Both the position numbers and the translations under genes were made by a program. From NCBI GenBank assembly GCA_030612025.1, contig JAUWOR010000004.1:64001-128000 (forward strand): a stretch of 64,000 nucleotides of DNA. Direction: 5' to 3'. The notes under the pieces are model-generated. The model was not told the origin of the DNA and did not search any database. It worked only from the letters and a program-made list of their open reading frames with translations. Source of the stretch: Dehalococcoidia bacterium. Its GTDB lineage: Bacteria > Chloroflexota > Dehalococcoidia > GIF9 > AB-539-J10. Within the stretch, counting starts at the first letter, position 1. Every line of letters begins with the position of its first letter. Below are positions 49,500 to 59,789 of the stretch, piece after piece.

Positions 49500-50162
49500 A
49501 TGTCATTGCGAGCGAAGCGAAGCAATCCCCAGCTTGTAATAAAGCTTCCACCTCCTCAGCTAAAAGGTAAGATGTCGCTGGAAGAAGCTATAGCTAGCCG
49601 TAGGTCAGTTCGAAGATATCGCTCAGAACCATTAACATCTTCTCAGTTATCTCAGCTTCTCTGGTCAGCTCAGGGTATTACCGGGGCCGGGAGACTTAGA
49701 GCAGCACCCAGCGCTGGAGCTACATATCCTCTGGAAATTTTTGCCTTTATTGGCAAACAAGGTGTCATTGCGAGCGAAGCGAAGCAACCTAAAGAGGAGC
49801 TACAAGCTGGCATTTACCACTACGATGTGGATAGTCATTCACTGGTTTTGCATCAGCCAGGGGACTTAAGGAAAGAGCTAGCTAGGGCAGCTCTGGATGA
49901 GGGATTCATTGCCAATGCCCCACTGGATATCGTTATCTGTGCCCTTTATCCCAGGACCTCCTATAGATATGGCCGGCGCGGGGAAAGATATGTTCACATG
50001 GAAGTAGGGCATGTCGGGGAAAACATCCACCTTCAAGCTGTAGCTCTGGGCTTGGCCACAGTGGAAGTCGGTGCATTTGATGATGAGGGGGTAAGAGAAG
50101 TTCTAGGAGTGGAAGAACAGATTAAGCCTTTGTACATCATGCCCATTGGCAACCCGCTGTAG
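49500..50162 (+). CDS. SagB/ThcOx-family nitroreductase-like dehydrogenase
   Basis: RRSVR, LLWSAQG, APSAGATYPLE, E.GH..ENI.LQA, GAFDD. Confidence 0.88.
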   Translation: MSLRAKRSNPQLVIKLPPPQLKGKMSLEEAIASRRSVRRYRSEPLTSSQLSQLLWSAQGITGAGRLRAAPSAGATYPLEIFAFIGKQGVIASEAKQPKEELQAGIYHYDVDSHSLVLHQPGDLRKELARAALDEGFIANAPLDIVICALYPRTSYRYGRRGERYVHMEVGHVGENIHLQAVALGLATVEVGAFDDEGVREVLGVEEQIKPLYIMPIGNPL

Positions 50163-50558
50163 GGAGTAAAATCGCTCGTTCTCCATTCAGTTTTGCCTCA
50201 TAGCGTGGCTGGCTTTGCAACTGCTGCTATTTGGTGTTTTGCCGGTGGCTTGTGCGTCATATTCAGCAATGCCTTTAGAAAGCTAGCAGCTAAATAGGCT
50301 TAGGTCCTAAGGTGGGAGCTTTCTCATACTCCTTAGATCTCCAATAACAGATTTCATCCAACATCCCACATATCCGAGGTTGCCCATAAAGTGGGCAATT
50401 TGAGTAAGCGTAAGCGAAGCTCCGTGCCCGCTGTTAAGCAACCCCCTTAGGGACAAGTAGCGAAGCGCCACAGAGTACCCAAGCTTGATTTTTTTAGATT
50501 TTCAAGTCAAGTCTTCCATTCTTTCTCTTAGAAGAAACCATAAGAGAAATAGGGAATT

Positions 50559-50891
50559 TTATTCTTTTCCTTTTTCTGAAAACCAGCCTTCCCTTTTCAT
50601 TACTTCTGTCGAAACCCTGCTGCTTGGACCGTCTCCCCTAGCTACGGCAACAGCGACGTTCTCCCCGACTGCCTCCGCTATCTGCGCAACGTTTCTATGT
50701 GTAAATCCTGGGCAGAGGAGGATTGAGTGAATGCCTTCATCCTTGACAAGCTTTTGGCACACTTCGACTGCTCCATCTTGATCCTTGACCAGCACTACAA
50801 AGAGTTTGTATTTGGACGTTTCAATCACGCACCTGTGCTTCTCTGGCTCTGCATCCGGGGTATGAGCCAAGAAGACTGCTTTAAATGCCAT
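50559..50891 (-). CDS. DUF6506-like protein
   Basis: LLCPGF, VARGD; SD GGAGGTG. Confidence 0.7.
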   Translation of the reverse strand: MAFKAVFLAHTPDAEPEKHRCVIETSKYKLFVVLVKDQDGAVEVCQKLVKDEGIHSILLCPGFTHRNVAQIAEAVGENVAVAVARGDGPSSRVSTEVMKREGWFSEKGKE

Positions 50892-50916
50892 ATTTATCAC
50901 CTCCTATTGTAATTTC

Positions 50917-51024
50917 AGGCTGTTTAATTTTGATTCCCCGTTCAATTTCAGCCATCTTTGTAGTTGCCTGATTTATCAGGTACAGTCGCCCAATAAATTG
51001 GGCAACTACATTTTCAAACGGCGT
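50917..51024. mobile_element. MITE/REPIN-like element copy (inverted)
   Basis: AGGCTGTTTAATTTTGATTCCCCGTTCAATTTCAGCCATCT plus GTAG palindromic core. Confidence 0.78.
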
Positions 51025-51265
51025 CTAATTTTTATGTGGACCGGCTTGGGCATTTCACTTAACTTGGATATATTCGACATCAATGTTAGATATCCTACCA
51101 TTGAGATGTGCCATCCGAAGTTTACTTCGCATATACCCCGTTTTAGCAGACTGCTAATCTTCATTCCCCTCAATCTCCTTTTCAACGTATGAATTTTTTA
51201 GTTATTAAATCTAGCGGACTTTTTATTTTGCTTAAATCTTCAGCTATGACTGCGATTAGCCTTAA

Positions 51266-52861
51266 TCAGCTTTTTGCCTTGCCAGCTCGTTTTACTAGCC
51301 AGTATTCTATGCTATCCGCTAAAGCGAGCCAACTGGCCTCAATGATATTAGTTGAACTGCCTACAGTTCTCCAGTGCTCCTGGCCATCACTAGATTCAAG
51401 CAGCACTCGTACCTGTGAGGCAGTGCCAGCGGTTTCCTCAAGTATGCGCACTTTGTAATCGGTGAGCTCTACAGCAGTCAAGTCAGGATAGAATTGAACC
51501 AAAGCTTTGCGTAAAGCCTGGTCAAGTGCATTAACCGGTCCATTACCTTCGGCAGCAGTATGTACTATCCTGTCATCTACTTTCACCTTGATGGTAGCTT
51601 CTGATAATGGCTCTTCCTGCTTTCCACTACTAGGAGGGCGGCGGCGTTTCTCCACCACTACCATGAAATCAACTAGCTCGAAAGGCGGGCGATAATTTGG
51701 TTGGGCACGGTAGAGTAAAAGGTCAAACGATGCTTCAGCGCTATCATATTGAAAGCCTTGCTTTTCTAACGACTTAATTTGCTTTAGCACCTTTTCGATC
51801 TCTCCACCTTTGGGAATGGGTAGTTTACGTTCCTTAGCTTTGTAGATAATATTCCCTTTCCCCGCTAGCTCAGAAATGACAACATGAGGACGATTACCTA
51901 CTAATTCAGGATTTATATGCTGGTAACTATCTGCCCATTTTGTTAAAGCGGAAACGTGGACTCCACCTTTATGAGTAAAAGCATTGGCACCTACGTAAGG
52001 AAGTCGAGTATGATGAGGCAAGTTAGCTAGCTCAGAGACATAACGGGAGAGATTGCGTAATTTGCTTAGCTGCTCCTGGGTGACGCAATCAATGCCCATC
52101 TTAAGCTTCAGAGTGGGAATGATAGAACAAAGGTTGGCGTTGCCACAGCGTTCGCCATAGCCATTAATAGTTCCCTGAATCTGAATGACTCCCGCTTCAA
52201 TAGCAGCTAAGGAGTTAGCTACAGCAAGTTCAGCATCATTGTGGGCATGAATGCCTAGGGGAACAGGAGTCACCTTTCGCACCGCTTTAATAGTCTCTGC
52301 TATTTGCTGAGGCAAAGTGCCTCCATTGGTGTCGCAAAGAACTACACTTTCAGTACCAGCTTTAGCGGCAGCAGTTATTACTGTAAGGCTATATTCAGGG
52401 TTTGTTCTATAGCCATCGAAAAAGTGCTCAGCGTCAAAGAAAACCCTTAGCCCTTTTGAATTAAGATAACTTATGGAGTCTGTGATCATGTTTAGGTTTT
52501 CTTCCAATGTGGTTTCTAGAACTTGGATTACTTGCTTATCCCAGGCTTTTCCTACAATGGTGACCGCCTTGGTTTTAGCCTCTAATAGAGCCTGGAGGTT
52601 GACATCTTCAGCTGCCTTACAATGGGAACGCCTGGTGCTGCCAAAGGCAACCAGTGCTGAATGCCTCAAGCTAAAATCTTGTGCCTTGGCAAAGAATTCA
52701 GTATCTTTGGGGTTAGAGCCAGGCCAACCACCTTCGATGAAATCGATGCCAAGCTCGTCTAATTTCTGGGCAATCTTCAGCTTATCCTCAACAGAGAAGG
52801 AAATCCCTCCCTGTTGGGCACCGTCTCTTAAAGTTGTGTCATAAAGCTGGATTTGCGTCAC
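51266..52861 (-). CDS. cimA: Citramalate synthase
   Basis: DTTLRDGAQ, EGGWPGSNPKD, DAEHFFDGY, DYKVRIL, NIIEASW. Confidence 0.92.
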   Translation of the reverse strand: MTQIQLYDTTLRDGAQQGGISFSVEDKLKIAQKLDELGIDFIEGGWPGSNPKDTEFFAKAQDFSLRHSALVAFGSTRRSHCKAAEDVNLQALLEAKTKAVTIVGKAWDKQVIQVLETTLEENLNMITDSISYLNSKGLRVFFDAEHFFDGYRTNPEYSLTVITAAAKAGTESVVLCDTNGGTLPQQIAETIKAVRKVTPVPLGIHAHNDAELAVANSLAAIEAGVIQIQGTINGYGERCGNANLCSIIPTLKLKMGIDCVTQEQLSKLRNLSRYVSELANLPHHTRLPYVGANAFTHKGGVHVSALTKWADSYQHINPELVGNRPHVVISELAGKGNIIYKAKERKLPIPKGGEIEKVLKQIKSLEKQGFQYDSAEASFDLLLYRAQPNYRPPFELVDFMVVVEKRRRPPSSGKQEEPLSEATIKVKVDDRIVHTAAEGNGPVNALDQALRKALVQFYPDLTAVELTDYKVRILEETAGTASQVRVLLESSDGQEHWRTVGSSTNIIEASWLALADSIEYWLVKRAGKAKS

Positions 52862-53943
52862 TTTATCCTCTGGGCAATTAAATCTCCCATTTCCTTTGTC
52901 CCTACCTTGGTCTTACCCTCCGACATTATATCGTAAGTTCGGTAGCCCTGCTCTAAGGTAGCCAAAACAGCATTTTCTATAGTTTGAGCTACGGTTTCCA
53001 ACTCAAAGGAATAGCGAAGCATCATAGCTACACTTGAAATGGTAGCAATAGGGTTAGCTAGATTTTGTCCTGCCCGACTTGGAGCGCTGCCATGGATTGG
53101 CTCATACATACCAAAGGTCTTCCCTTTAGGAATTCCAGCCAAGCTAGCCGAAGGCAACATGCCCATGGAGCCAGCCAGCATTGAAGCCTCGTCAGAGAGA
53201 ATGTCTCCGAATGTGTTTTCGGTAACTAAAACATCTAAATCAGCAGGACGTTGGATAAGTCGCATGGCACAGGCATCTACTAACATATGTTGAAGCTCGA
53301 CATCAGGATAGTCAGCAGAAATTTCTATGGCAATTTGTCGCCATAACCTGGATGACTGAAGGACATTGGCTTTATCAACTGAGATTAGCTTTTTAGACCG
53401 GGTGCGGGCTAATTCAAAGCCAACTCTCAATATGCGCTTAATCTCTGCTTCGGAATAAGCCATGGTATCAACAGCTTGCCTTCCCTCTGGAGTTTGCCAC
53501 TGCTTCTTAGGTTGGCCAAAATAAAGCCCACCGGTAAGCTCTCTAACAAAAATTAAATCAACACCTTGAACCACATTGGGCTTAAGGTTGGTGGAGTTAA
53601 CCAGCATAGGTAAAACTTTTACCGGACGCAAATTGGCAAATAAACCTAGCTCTTTTCTCAAGGCTAAAAGTCCATCTTCCGGACGGACTTTAGCTCGAGG
53701 ATCATCCCATTTGGGACCACCAACTGCCCCCAATAGTACAGCATCACATTGTTTGCACATATCTAACGTTTCCTGGCTAAGAGCTGTACCTGAGACATCT
53801 ATGGCACAGCCACCTACCAAGCCTTGGTGTAAAAGAAATTTGTGCCTGAATCTTTCAGCTACAGCCTGTAAAATTTTCGTTGCCTCAGCTACAACCTCGG
53901 GACCGATGCCGTCGCCAGGTAAAACTGCGACATCAAAATCCAT
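52858..53943 (-). CDS. leuB: 3-isopropylmalate dehydrogenase
   Basis: PGDGIGPEV, RELTGG, DKANV, N.FGDILSD, EPIHGSAP. Confidence 0.96.
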   Translation of the reverse strand: MDFDVAVLPGDGIGPEVVAEATKILQAVAERFRHKFLLHQGLVGGCAIDVSGTALSQETLDMCKQCDAVLLGAVGGPKWDDPRAKVRPEDGLLALRKELGLFANLRPVKVLPMLVNSTNLKPNVVQGVDLIFVRELTGGLYFGQPKKQWQTPEGRQAVDTMAYSEAEIKRILRVGFELARTRSKKLISVDKANVLQSSRLWRQIAIEISADYPDVELQHMLVDACAMRLIQRPADLDVLVTENTFGDILSDEASMLAGSMGMLPSASLAGIPKGKTFGMYEPIHGSAPSRAGQNLANPIATISSVAMMLRYSFELETVAQTIENAVLATLEQGYRTYDIMSEGKTKVGTKEMGDLIAQRIK

Positions 53944-53990
53944 TCTATTTACCTCTCACCTTTCGTTGTGTATCATTTTAAACCGTCACT

Positions 53991-54066
53991 TGTCATTCTG
54001 AGCCCTTCGCCCTTTGTCATTCTGAGGGAGCAAAGCGACCGAAGAATCTCGGAAACCCTTCGCTAT
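53991..54066. repeat. Family A palindromic element copy
   Basis: TGTCATTCTGAGCCCTTCGC..TGTCATTCTGAGGGAGCAAAGCGACCGAAGAATCTC. Confidence 0.75.
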
Positions 54067-54089
54067 CACCCAAGGTGCAGGTAAACACT

Positions 54090-54581
54090 TTATAATCGAC
54101 TTTTAGTATATTCAATCAATCCACCAGCATTAATGATCCCCATCATAAATTCGGGGTAAGGATTAGCCATAAATGTCTTATGCTTGGAAATGTTCTTAAT
54201 TTCCCAACTCGACAAATCTACTTCTAGTATATCGCCATCTTCTATTTCATTTGCTGCTTCAGCACATTCCAGAAGAGGCAAGCCAATATTGATGGCATTA
54301 CGGAAGAAAATGCGAGCGAAGCTTTGGGCGATAACACAAGAAATGCCGCATGCTTTAATAGCCAAAGGAGCATGCTCCCGAGATGAACCATAGCCAAAAT
54401 TAGCGGTGGCCACTATAATATCTCCGGGCCTTACTTTGGTGATAAATTCGGGGGCAATATCCTCCATACATTGCTTTGCTAGCTTCTCAGGCTCAGAAAT
54501 ATTGAGGTAGCGCGCTGGAATGATAACATCGGTATCAACGTTAGCGCCGAATTTGTGAACTTTACCTCTTAATCTCACCAC
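54090..54581 (-). CDS. leuD: 3-isopropylmalate dehydratase small subunit
   Basis: [29 protein letters not shown]. Confidence 0.94.
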   Translation of the reverse strand: MVRLRGKVHKFGANVDTDVIIPARYLNISEPEKLAKQCMEDIAPEFITKVRPGDIIVATANFGYGSSREHAPLAIKACGISCVIAQSFARIFFRNAINIGLPLLECAEAANEIEDGDILEVDLSSWEIKNISKHKTFMANPYPEFMMGIINAGGLIEYTKSRL

Positions 54582-54600
54582 CTAAATACTCTCCTCTAGG

Positions 54601-55053
54601 CTAATGGGTAATAAAATCATTATAGGGGGCATTCAGTGCCAAAGCTGCGTAGATCTCAAAAAGTGCCTGCGTAATTTGGTCATCAATTTGTATAACGCGT
54701 ATTTTCATTTGGGCAACGCGGTTCTTCGCTTCAAAAAAGGCTTCATCGAAACCTGGGGCTTGCTCCAATTCTTTGCGCGTAACATAGGCAGGGATCTCTT
54801 TAGCACGCATCTTCTCCTTGGCTAGATTGAAGGCAAATGAGGCGCTATTGTGTGTCGAACTCAACCTGCCATGCTCTTGAAGCCTTGCCTTGAGTCGATT
54901 AGATCGCCCCACATAGAGAACTTTATCATTCTCGTAAAATATGTAGACACCCCACTCGGGAATGCCAATAAGATTCTCCCGCGTTCGAAAAAGTTGAGAC
55001 TCCAGACTTTGAAGCAATCCCGGCATCTTTGCTACTAACTCGTTAAAATTCAT
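54601..55053 (-). CDS. GIY-YIG nuclease family protein
   Basis: GVYIF...LYVGRS..LK.RL..H; later conserved E (LFEIY) and N (PYN). Confidence 0.82.
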   Translation of the reverse strand: MNFNELVAKMPGLLQSLESQLFRTRENLIGIPEWGVYIFYENDKVLYVGRSNRLKARLQEHGRLSSTHNSASFAFNLAKEKMRAKEIPAYVTRKELEQAPGFDEAFFEAKNRVAQMKIRVIQIDDQITQALFEIYAALALNAPYNDFITH

Positions 55054-55066
55054 ATTGATCTAAGTA

Positions 55067-56428
55067 TTATTGCCTCCTTTGAAGGATTTCCTCTGGACTA
55101 GTAATTCTGCCTAGAATAGCGCTAGCAGCAGCTATTGCAGGACTTGCCAAATAGACCTCGGACTGAGGGCTTCCCATTCTGCCCACAAAATTGCGATTGG
55201 TGGTAGCTAAGCAGCGTTCACCGGCAGCTAAAACTCCCATGTGTCCACCAAGACAAGGCCCACAAGTAGGAGTGCTTACTACAGCCCCGGCTTCTATAAA
55301 AGTTTCTATTAGCCCCTCTCTCAAAGCATCAAGATAAACCTTCTGCGAGCCAGGAATGATGATGCACCTCAATTCGGGGTATATCTGTCTTCCTTGAAGC
55401 AATTTAGCCGCTACTCTCAAATCATCAAGGCGACCATTGGTACAACTGCCAATTACTACCTGGTCTAGTTTTATGTCACCCACTTGACTTATGGGTTTAG
55501 TATTAGAGGGAAGATGAGGGAAAGCCACTTGAGGCTCAATCCTTGATACATCGTATTCTATTATTTTGGCGTATTCAGCAGCCTCACTTGACTGAGATTC
55601 TTCGCGGAGTTTATCCTGAGCGAGATTCTTCGGTCGCTCTGCTCCCTCAGAATGACAGAAAGCGAAGGGTTCAGAATGACGAAGCGGGGGCTCAGAGTGA
55701 TGATATTGGTGAGGGTGTTCTTTTACATATTCCTTAGTCTTATCATCCACATTAAAAATGCCAGCTTTAGCTCCAGCTTCAATGGCCATATTTGCCATAG
55801 TAAAGCGCCCATCCATTGGCAACTCATCAACTGCTTCACCGCTAAACTCCATAACCGAGTAAAGCGCTCCATCCACACCGATATCGCCGATGGTATAGAG
55901 GATAAGATCTTTACCACTAACCCATCTGGACACCTTCCCATGGTAAATAAACTTAATCGTTTGTGGCACCTTCATCCATATTTCACCGGTAGCCATAGCT
56001 ACAGCAATGTCAGTTGAACCCATGCCTGTGGCAAAAGCTCCCAGGGCACCATAAGTACAAGTATGGGAATCAGCGCCAACAATGACTTGCCCAGGCAAGA
56101 CCAAGCCTTGCTCAGGCAAGAGCACATGCTCAATCCCCATTCGCCCTACTTCGAAGTAAATCAGTCCTTGTTCTTTAGCGAACTCACGCATCAGCTTTGC
56201 TTGTTCAGCAGATTGTATATCTTTATTAGGGCAAAAATGATCGGGAACCATGACTATCTTTGTGGGGTCAAATACCTTCGGCACTTCAAGCCGTTGGAAC
56301 TCCTTTATGGCTAAGGGTGCAGTTATATCATTGGCTAAGACTAAATCAACCCTAACATTTATAAACTCGCCAAGGCTGACTTTCTCCTTGCCACTATGAG
56401 CTGCCAAGATTTTTTCAGCTAAAGTCAT
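55067..56428 (-). CDS. leuC: 3-isopropylmalate dehydratase large subunit
   Basis: [30 protein letters not shown]; repeat-derived insert. Confidence 0.95.
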   Translation of the reverse strand: MTLAEKILAAHSGKEKVSLGEFINVRVDLVLANDITAPLAIKEFQRLEVPKVFDPTKIVMVPDHFCPNKDIQSAEQAKLMREFAKEQGLIYFEVGRMGIEHVLLPEQGLVLPGQVIVGADSHTCTYGALGAFATGMGSTDIAVAMATGEIWMKVPQTIKFIYHGKVSRWVSGKDLILYTIGDIGVDGALYSVMEFSGEAVDELPMDGRFTMANMAIEAGAKAGIFNVDDKTKEYVKEHPHQYHHSEPPLRHSEPFAFCHSEGAERPKNLAQDKLREESQSSEAAEYAKIIEYDVSRIEPQVAFPHLPSNTKPISQVGDIKLDQVVIGSCTNGRLDDLRVAAKLLQGRQIYPELRCIIIPGSQKVYLDALREGLIETFIEAGAVVSTPTCGPCLGGHMGVLAAGERCLATTNRNFVGRMGSPQSEVYLASPAIAAASAILGRITSPEEILQRRQ

Positions 56429-56505
56429 TACTCGCTATCCTCAAATTCCTAGCCACGAATCTTAGGAATCATTAAAATTCTTACGGTGATACGGAATAGG
56501 CTCAA

Positions 56506-58035
56506 CTAAGGTTTTCCTTTCTCAGTCTCTTTCTTGGCTAAAAGTCGGTTCAGAGCATTCATATATGCCTTGGCACTAGCCACGATGATATCGGTAGAGG
56601 CACCCCGGCCGGTATAGGTGATGCCCTCGCTCTCAATTCTTATTAATACCTCTCCAATTGCATCAATGCCTTCGGTAATCGATTTAATAGTGAACTCAGT
56701 AAGTTTATTTGGGATGCCAACTATACGATTAATAGCCTTGTAGACAGCATCCACTGGTCCAGTGCCTAAGGCAGCATCAGCTAGGCTTTGTCCGCCAGGT
56801 CCAATGAGCCTCACTGTAGCCGTAGGAAGGCTATGGTCACCACAAGAAACCTCGACATGGTCGAGATGGTATACTTCGGTGGTAGCGCGAAGTTCTTCAG
56901 CTATCAGAGATTCGATATCACGATCAGTAATCTCTTTTTTCTTATCAGCTAGCCCTTTGAAGCTCTGAAATGCGCGGCTCAGAGCCTCTTCACTTAGAGT
57001 GTAGCCAAGCTCTATTAACCTCTCCTTGAAAGCATGCTTGCCACTTAATTTACTTAATACCAGGCTGCTTGCCGGTATACCAACCGACCTTGGATTCATA
57101 ATTTCATAAGTTATGGCTTTCTTTATTAAACCATCCTGATGAATACCTGATTGATGACGAAAGGCATTCGCCCCAACAACGGCTTTATTGGCTTGAATAG
57201 AGAAGCCAGTAAGTTCACTCACAAGACGACTCGTCTTGTATATCTGGGTAGTGTCAACATTGGTGGTGAGATTAAAGGAATCCTGGCGAGTCTTTAGCGC
57301 CATTACGATCTCTTCCAGAGAGGCGTTACCAGCACGCTCTCCAATGCCATTGATAGTGCACTCAACCTGCCGCGCGCCATTGCGTATTGCCTCAAGGCTG
57401 TTGGCTACCGCTAATCCTAAATCATTATGGCAATGAATGCTTATTACGGCTTTATGGATATTGGGCACATTAACTAGAATGCTTTGGATCAAGCTGCCAA
57501 ATTCCTGTGGTGTAGCATAGCCTACAGTATCAGGTATGTTTACTGTGGTTGCCCCAGCATCAATCGCAGCTTCTAAGATATGATAGAGGTAAGCCGGCTC
57601 AGTGCGACTAGCATCCATAGGTGAGAACTCAACGTCGTCAACATAACTTTTAGCTCGAGCCACCATTTTCTGAGCCATCTCCAGAATTTCCTCGCGGCTT
57701 TTATTAAGCTGGTAGAGAAGGTGGATATCCGAGGCAGAGAGGAAAACATGGATTCGGGGGTGAGCTGCCTCTTTAATTGCCTGCCAAGCTCTATCCACAG
57801 CCACAGCATTGGCATGGGATAAAGCGCAAATTATGGGACGCCGAACTTCTCTGCTGATAAGTTGAACAGCTTCAAAATCGCTAGGCGAGCTAATGGGAAA
57901 ACCAGCTTCAATAACATCAACGCCAAGCTTATCTAATTGCTTAGCTATTTCTAACTTTTCCTGAGCATTTAAACTTGCTCCTGCCGCTTGTTCCCCATCC
58001 CTTAAGGTAGTGTCAAAAATGATTACTCTGTCCAT
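56506..58035 (-). CDS. leuA: 2-isopropylmalate synthase
   Basis: [34 protein letters not shown]. Confidence 0.95.
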   Translation of the reverse strand: MDRVIIFDTTLRDGEQAAGASLNAQEKLEIAKQLDKLGVDVIEAGFPISSPSDFEAVQLISREVRRPIICALSHANAVAVDRAWQAIKEAAHPRIHVFLSASDIHLLYQLNKSREEILEMAQKMVARAKSYVDDVEFSPMDASRTEPAYLYHILEAAIDAGATTVNIPDTVGYATPQEFGSLIQSILVNVPNIHKAVISIHCHNDLGLAVANSLEAIRNGARQVECTINGIGERAGNASLEEIVMALKTRQDSFNLTTNVDTTQIYKTSRLVSELTGFSIQANKAVVGANAFRHQSGIHQDGLIKKAITYEIMNPRSVGIPASSLVLSKLSGKHAFKERLIELGYTLSEEALSRAFQSFKGLADKKKEITDRDIESLIAEELRATTEVYHLDHVEVSCGDHSLPTATVRLIGPGGQSLADAALGTGPVDAVYKAINRIVGIPNKLTEFTIKSITEGIDAIGEVLIRIESEGITYTGRGASTDIIVASAKAYMNALNRLLAKKETEKGKP

Positions 58036-58069
58036 TTAATCCTCCTTGGTAGCCGACTCAAGGAGTTTT

Positions 58070-59071
58070 CTAGCTACTAACTCCTTTCAGCCAAGGCATC
58101 ATTTCCCTAAGCTTTTTGCCTACAACTTCGACTGGGTGTTCAGCTTCCCTTCTTTTCAGAGCATTAAAACTAGGACGACCAGCCTGGTTTTCCAAAATCC
58201 ATTCTCTGGCAAAGCTGCCATCCTGAATCTCTGCCAGGATTTGCTCCATTTCCTCTTTGACTAAATCGTTAATAACCCGTGGCCCTCGGGTATAATCGCC
58301 ATACTCGGCAGTATCGCTTACAGAGTACCTCATGTAATTCAAGCCACCTTGATACATAAGGTCAACAATGAGCTTCAGCTCATGGAAACACTCAAAATAA
58401 GCGATCTCTGGTTGGTAGCCAGCTTCCACCAAAGTCTCGAAACCAGCTTTGACCAAGGAAGATACCCCTCCACAGAGCACTGTTTGCTCACCAAAAAGGT
58501 CAGTCTCGGTTTCCTCAGCAAAAGTTGTTTCCAGAACCCCAGCCCTAGCACAGCCGATACCTTTGGCATAAGCTAGAGCAATATCTTTTGCTTTACCCGA
58601 GGCATCTTGATGAATAGCAACTAAAGCCGGGATACCTGAGCCCTCAATGTAAAGTCGGCGTAGTATATGCCCCGGGCCTTTAGGGGCTATCATGCTAACA
58701 TCGACATCAGGAGGCGATACAATTTGTGAATAGTGGATGTTAAAGCCGTGAGCGAACATCAAGGTTTTGCCTTTAGATAGTTCCTTCTCGATTGACTCAT
58801 GGTAGATTAGTGGATGTAAATTATCTGGAGCAAGCATAACAATGATATCGGCATGCCTTGTTACTTCAGCGGCGCTAGTCACCTTAAAACCAGCGCTTTC
58901 TGCTGCTTTCCAGCCTTCGCTGCCTGGTGCTTCAGCGACAATAACATGGCAGCCACTGTCCCTCAGATTCTGGGCATGGGCATGCCCTTGGCTACCATAG
59001 CCGACAATGCCAATCGTTTTCCCTTTGATTAAGTCTAAGTTAGAATCCTTGTCATAGTAAATTTTAGCCAT
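58070..59071 (-). CDS. ilvC: Ketol-acid reductoisomerase
   Basis: [36 protein letters not shown]. Confidence 0.97.
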   Translation of the reverse strand: MAKIYYDKDSNLDLIKGKTIGIVGYGSQGHAHAQNLRDSGCHVIVAEAPGSEGWKAAESAGFKVTSAAEVTRHADIIVMLAPDNLHPLIYHESIEKELSKGKTLMFAHGFNIHYSQIVSPPDVDVSMIAPKGPGHILRRLYIEGSGIPALVAIHQDASGKAKDIALAYAKGIGCARAGVLETTFAEETETDLFGEQTVLCGGVSSLVKAGFETLVEAGYQPEIAYFECFHELKLIVDLMYQGGLNYMRYSVSDTAEYGDYTRGPRVINDLVKEEMEQILAEIQDGSFAREWILENQAGRPSFNALKRREAEHPVEVVGKKLREMMPWLKGVSS

Positions 59072-59089
59072 AACACTCCCTCCTTCAGA

Positions 59090-59280
59090 GAAATCCTAAT
59101 TTCTAATATCTAAATCCTAAACAAATCCTAACAAATATCAAAAATCAAAGATAAAAAATTAAAATTACAATTCAAAATGCAAAAAGGCTTTACTAAACTG
59201 ATTTTTAAATTTTGCCCTGTCATTTTGCATTTTTACTTTTGCCTTTTGATTTTCCTTTAGGATTCGGTGCTTCGGATTTT
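59090..59280. repeat. Long degenerate heptamer-repeat hairpin (nested)
   Basis: AAATCCT/AATTTCT/AATATCT units, then TCAAAAA units, then the inverted TTTTGA/TAGGATT units. Confidence 0.65.
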
Positions 59281-59771
59281 CACTGGGTGCCTCCACGAGT
59301 TAGAGCAACCCTTCCTGTTTTGGTAACCTCTTTAATGCCAAAGCTGCGGAGAAGTTCGAGTAGTGACTTTACTTTATCCTCGTCTCCAGTGACTTCTACT
59401 GTTACTGAATCCGAGCTAACATCAACTATATTGGCTCTAAAAATATCCACGATCTGCATAATTTCGCTTCTTGTTGAAGCAGTAGCGTTGACTTTGATTA
59501 AGGCTAACTCCCTGGCTACTATATCTTCTTCGGTTATATCGGACACTCTAATCACATTGATTAGTTTGTCTAATTGCTTCCTAACTTGCTCTACTTTTGC
59601 AGAGTCGCCATTAACAACAACCGTCATGCGAGATAAGCCAGGCTGTTCACTGTGTCCTACAGCAAGGCTTTGTATGTTAAAGGCTCGGCGGCGAAAAAGG
59701 CTAGCTACTCTATTCAACACACCAGGCTTATCTTCTACTAAAGCTACTAGGGTATGTTTTGTATCAGACAA
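59280..59771 (-). CDS. ilvN: Acetolactate synthase small subunit
   Basis: DKPGVLNRVASLF.RR.FNI.SL, RELALIKV. Confidence 0.95.
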   Translation of the reverse strand: MSDTKHTLVALVEDKPGVLNRVASLFRRRAFNIQSLAVGHSEQPGLSRMTVVVNGDSAKVEQVRKQLDKLINVIRVSDITEEDIVARELALIKVNATASTRSEIMQIVDIFRANIVDVSSDSVTVEVTGDEDKVKSLLELLRSFGIKEVTKTGRVALTRGGTQ

Positions 59772-59789
59772 TTTACTCCTTTTCCACCC

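Noticed and set aside
50170-50500. Possible gene fragments downstream of the SagB-like gene (also 16450-16680, 18090-18260, 51030-51180)
   Set aside because: Only short broken frames with no motif I can recognise; BLASTX would be needed.
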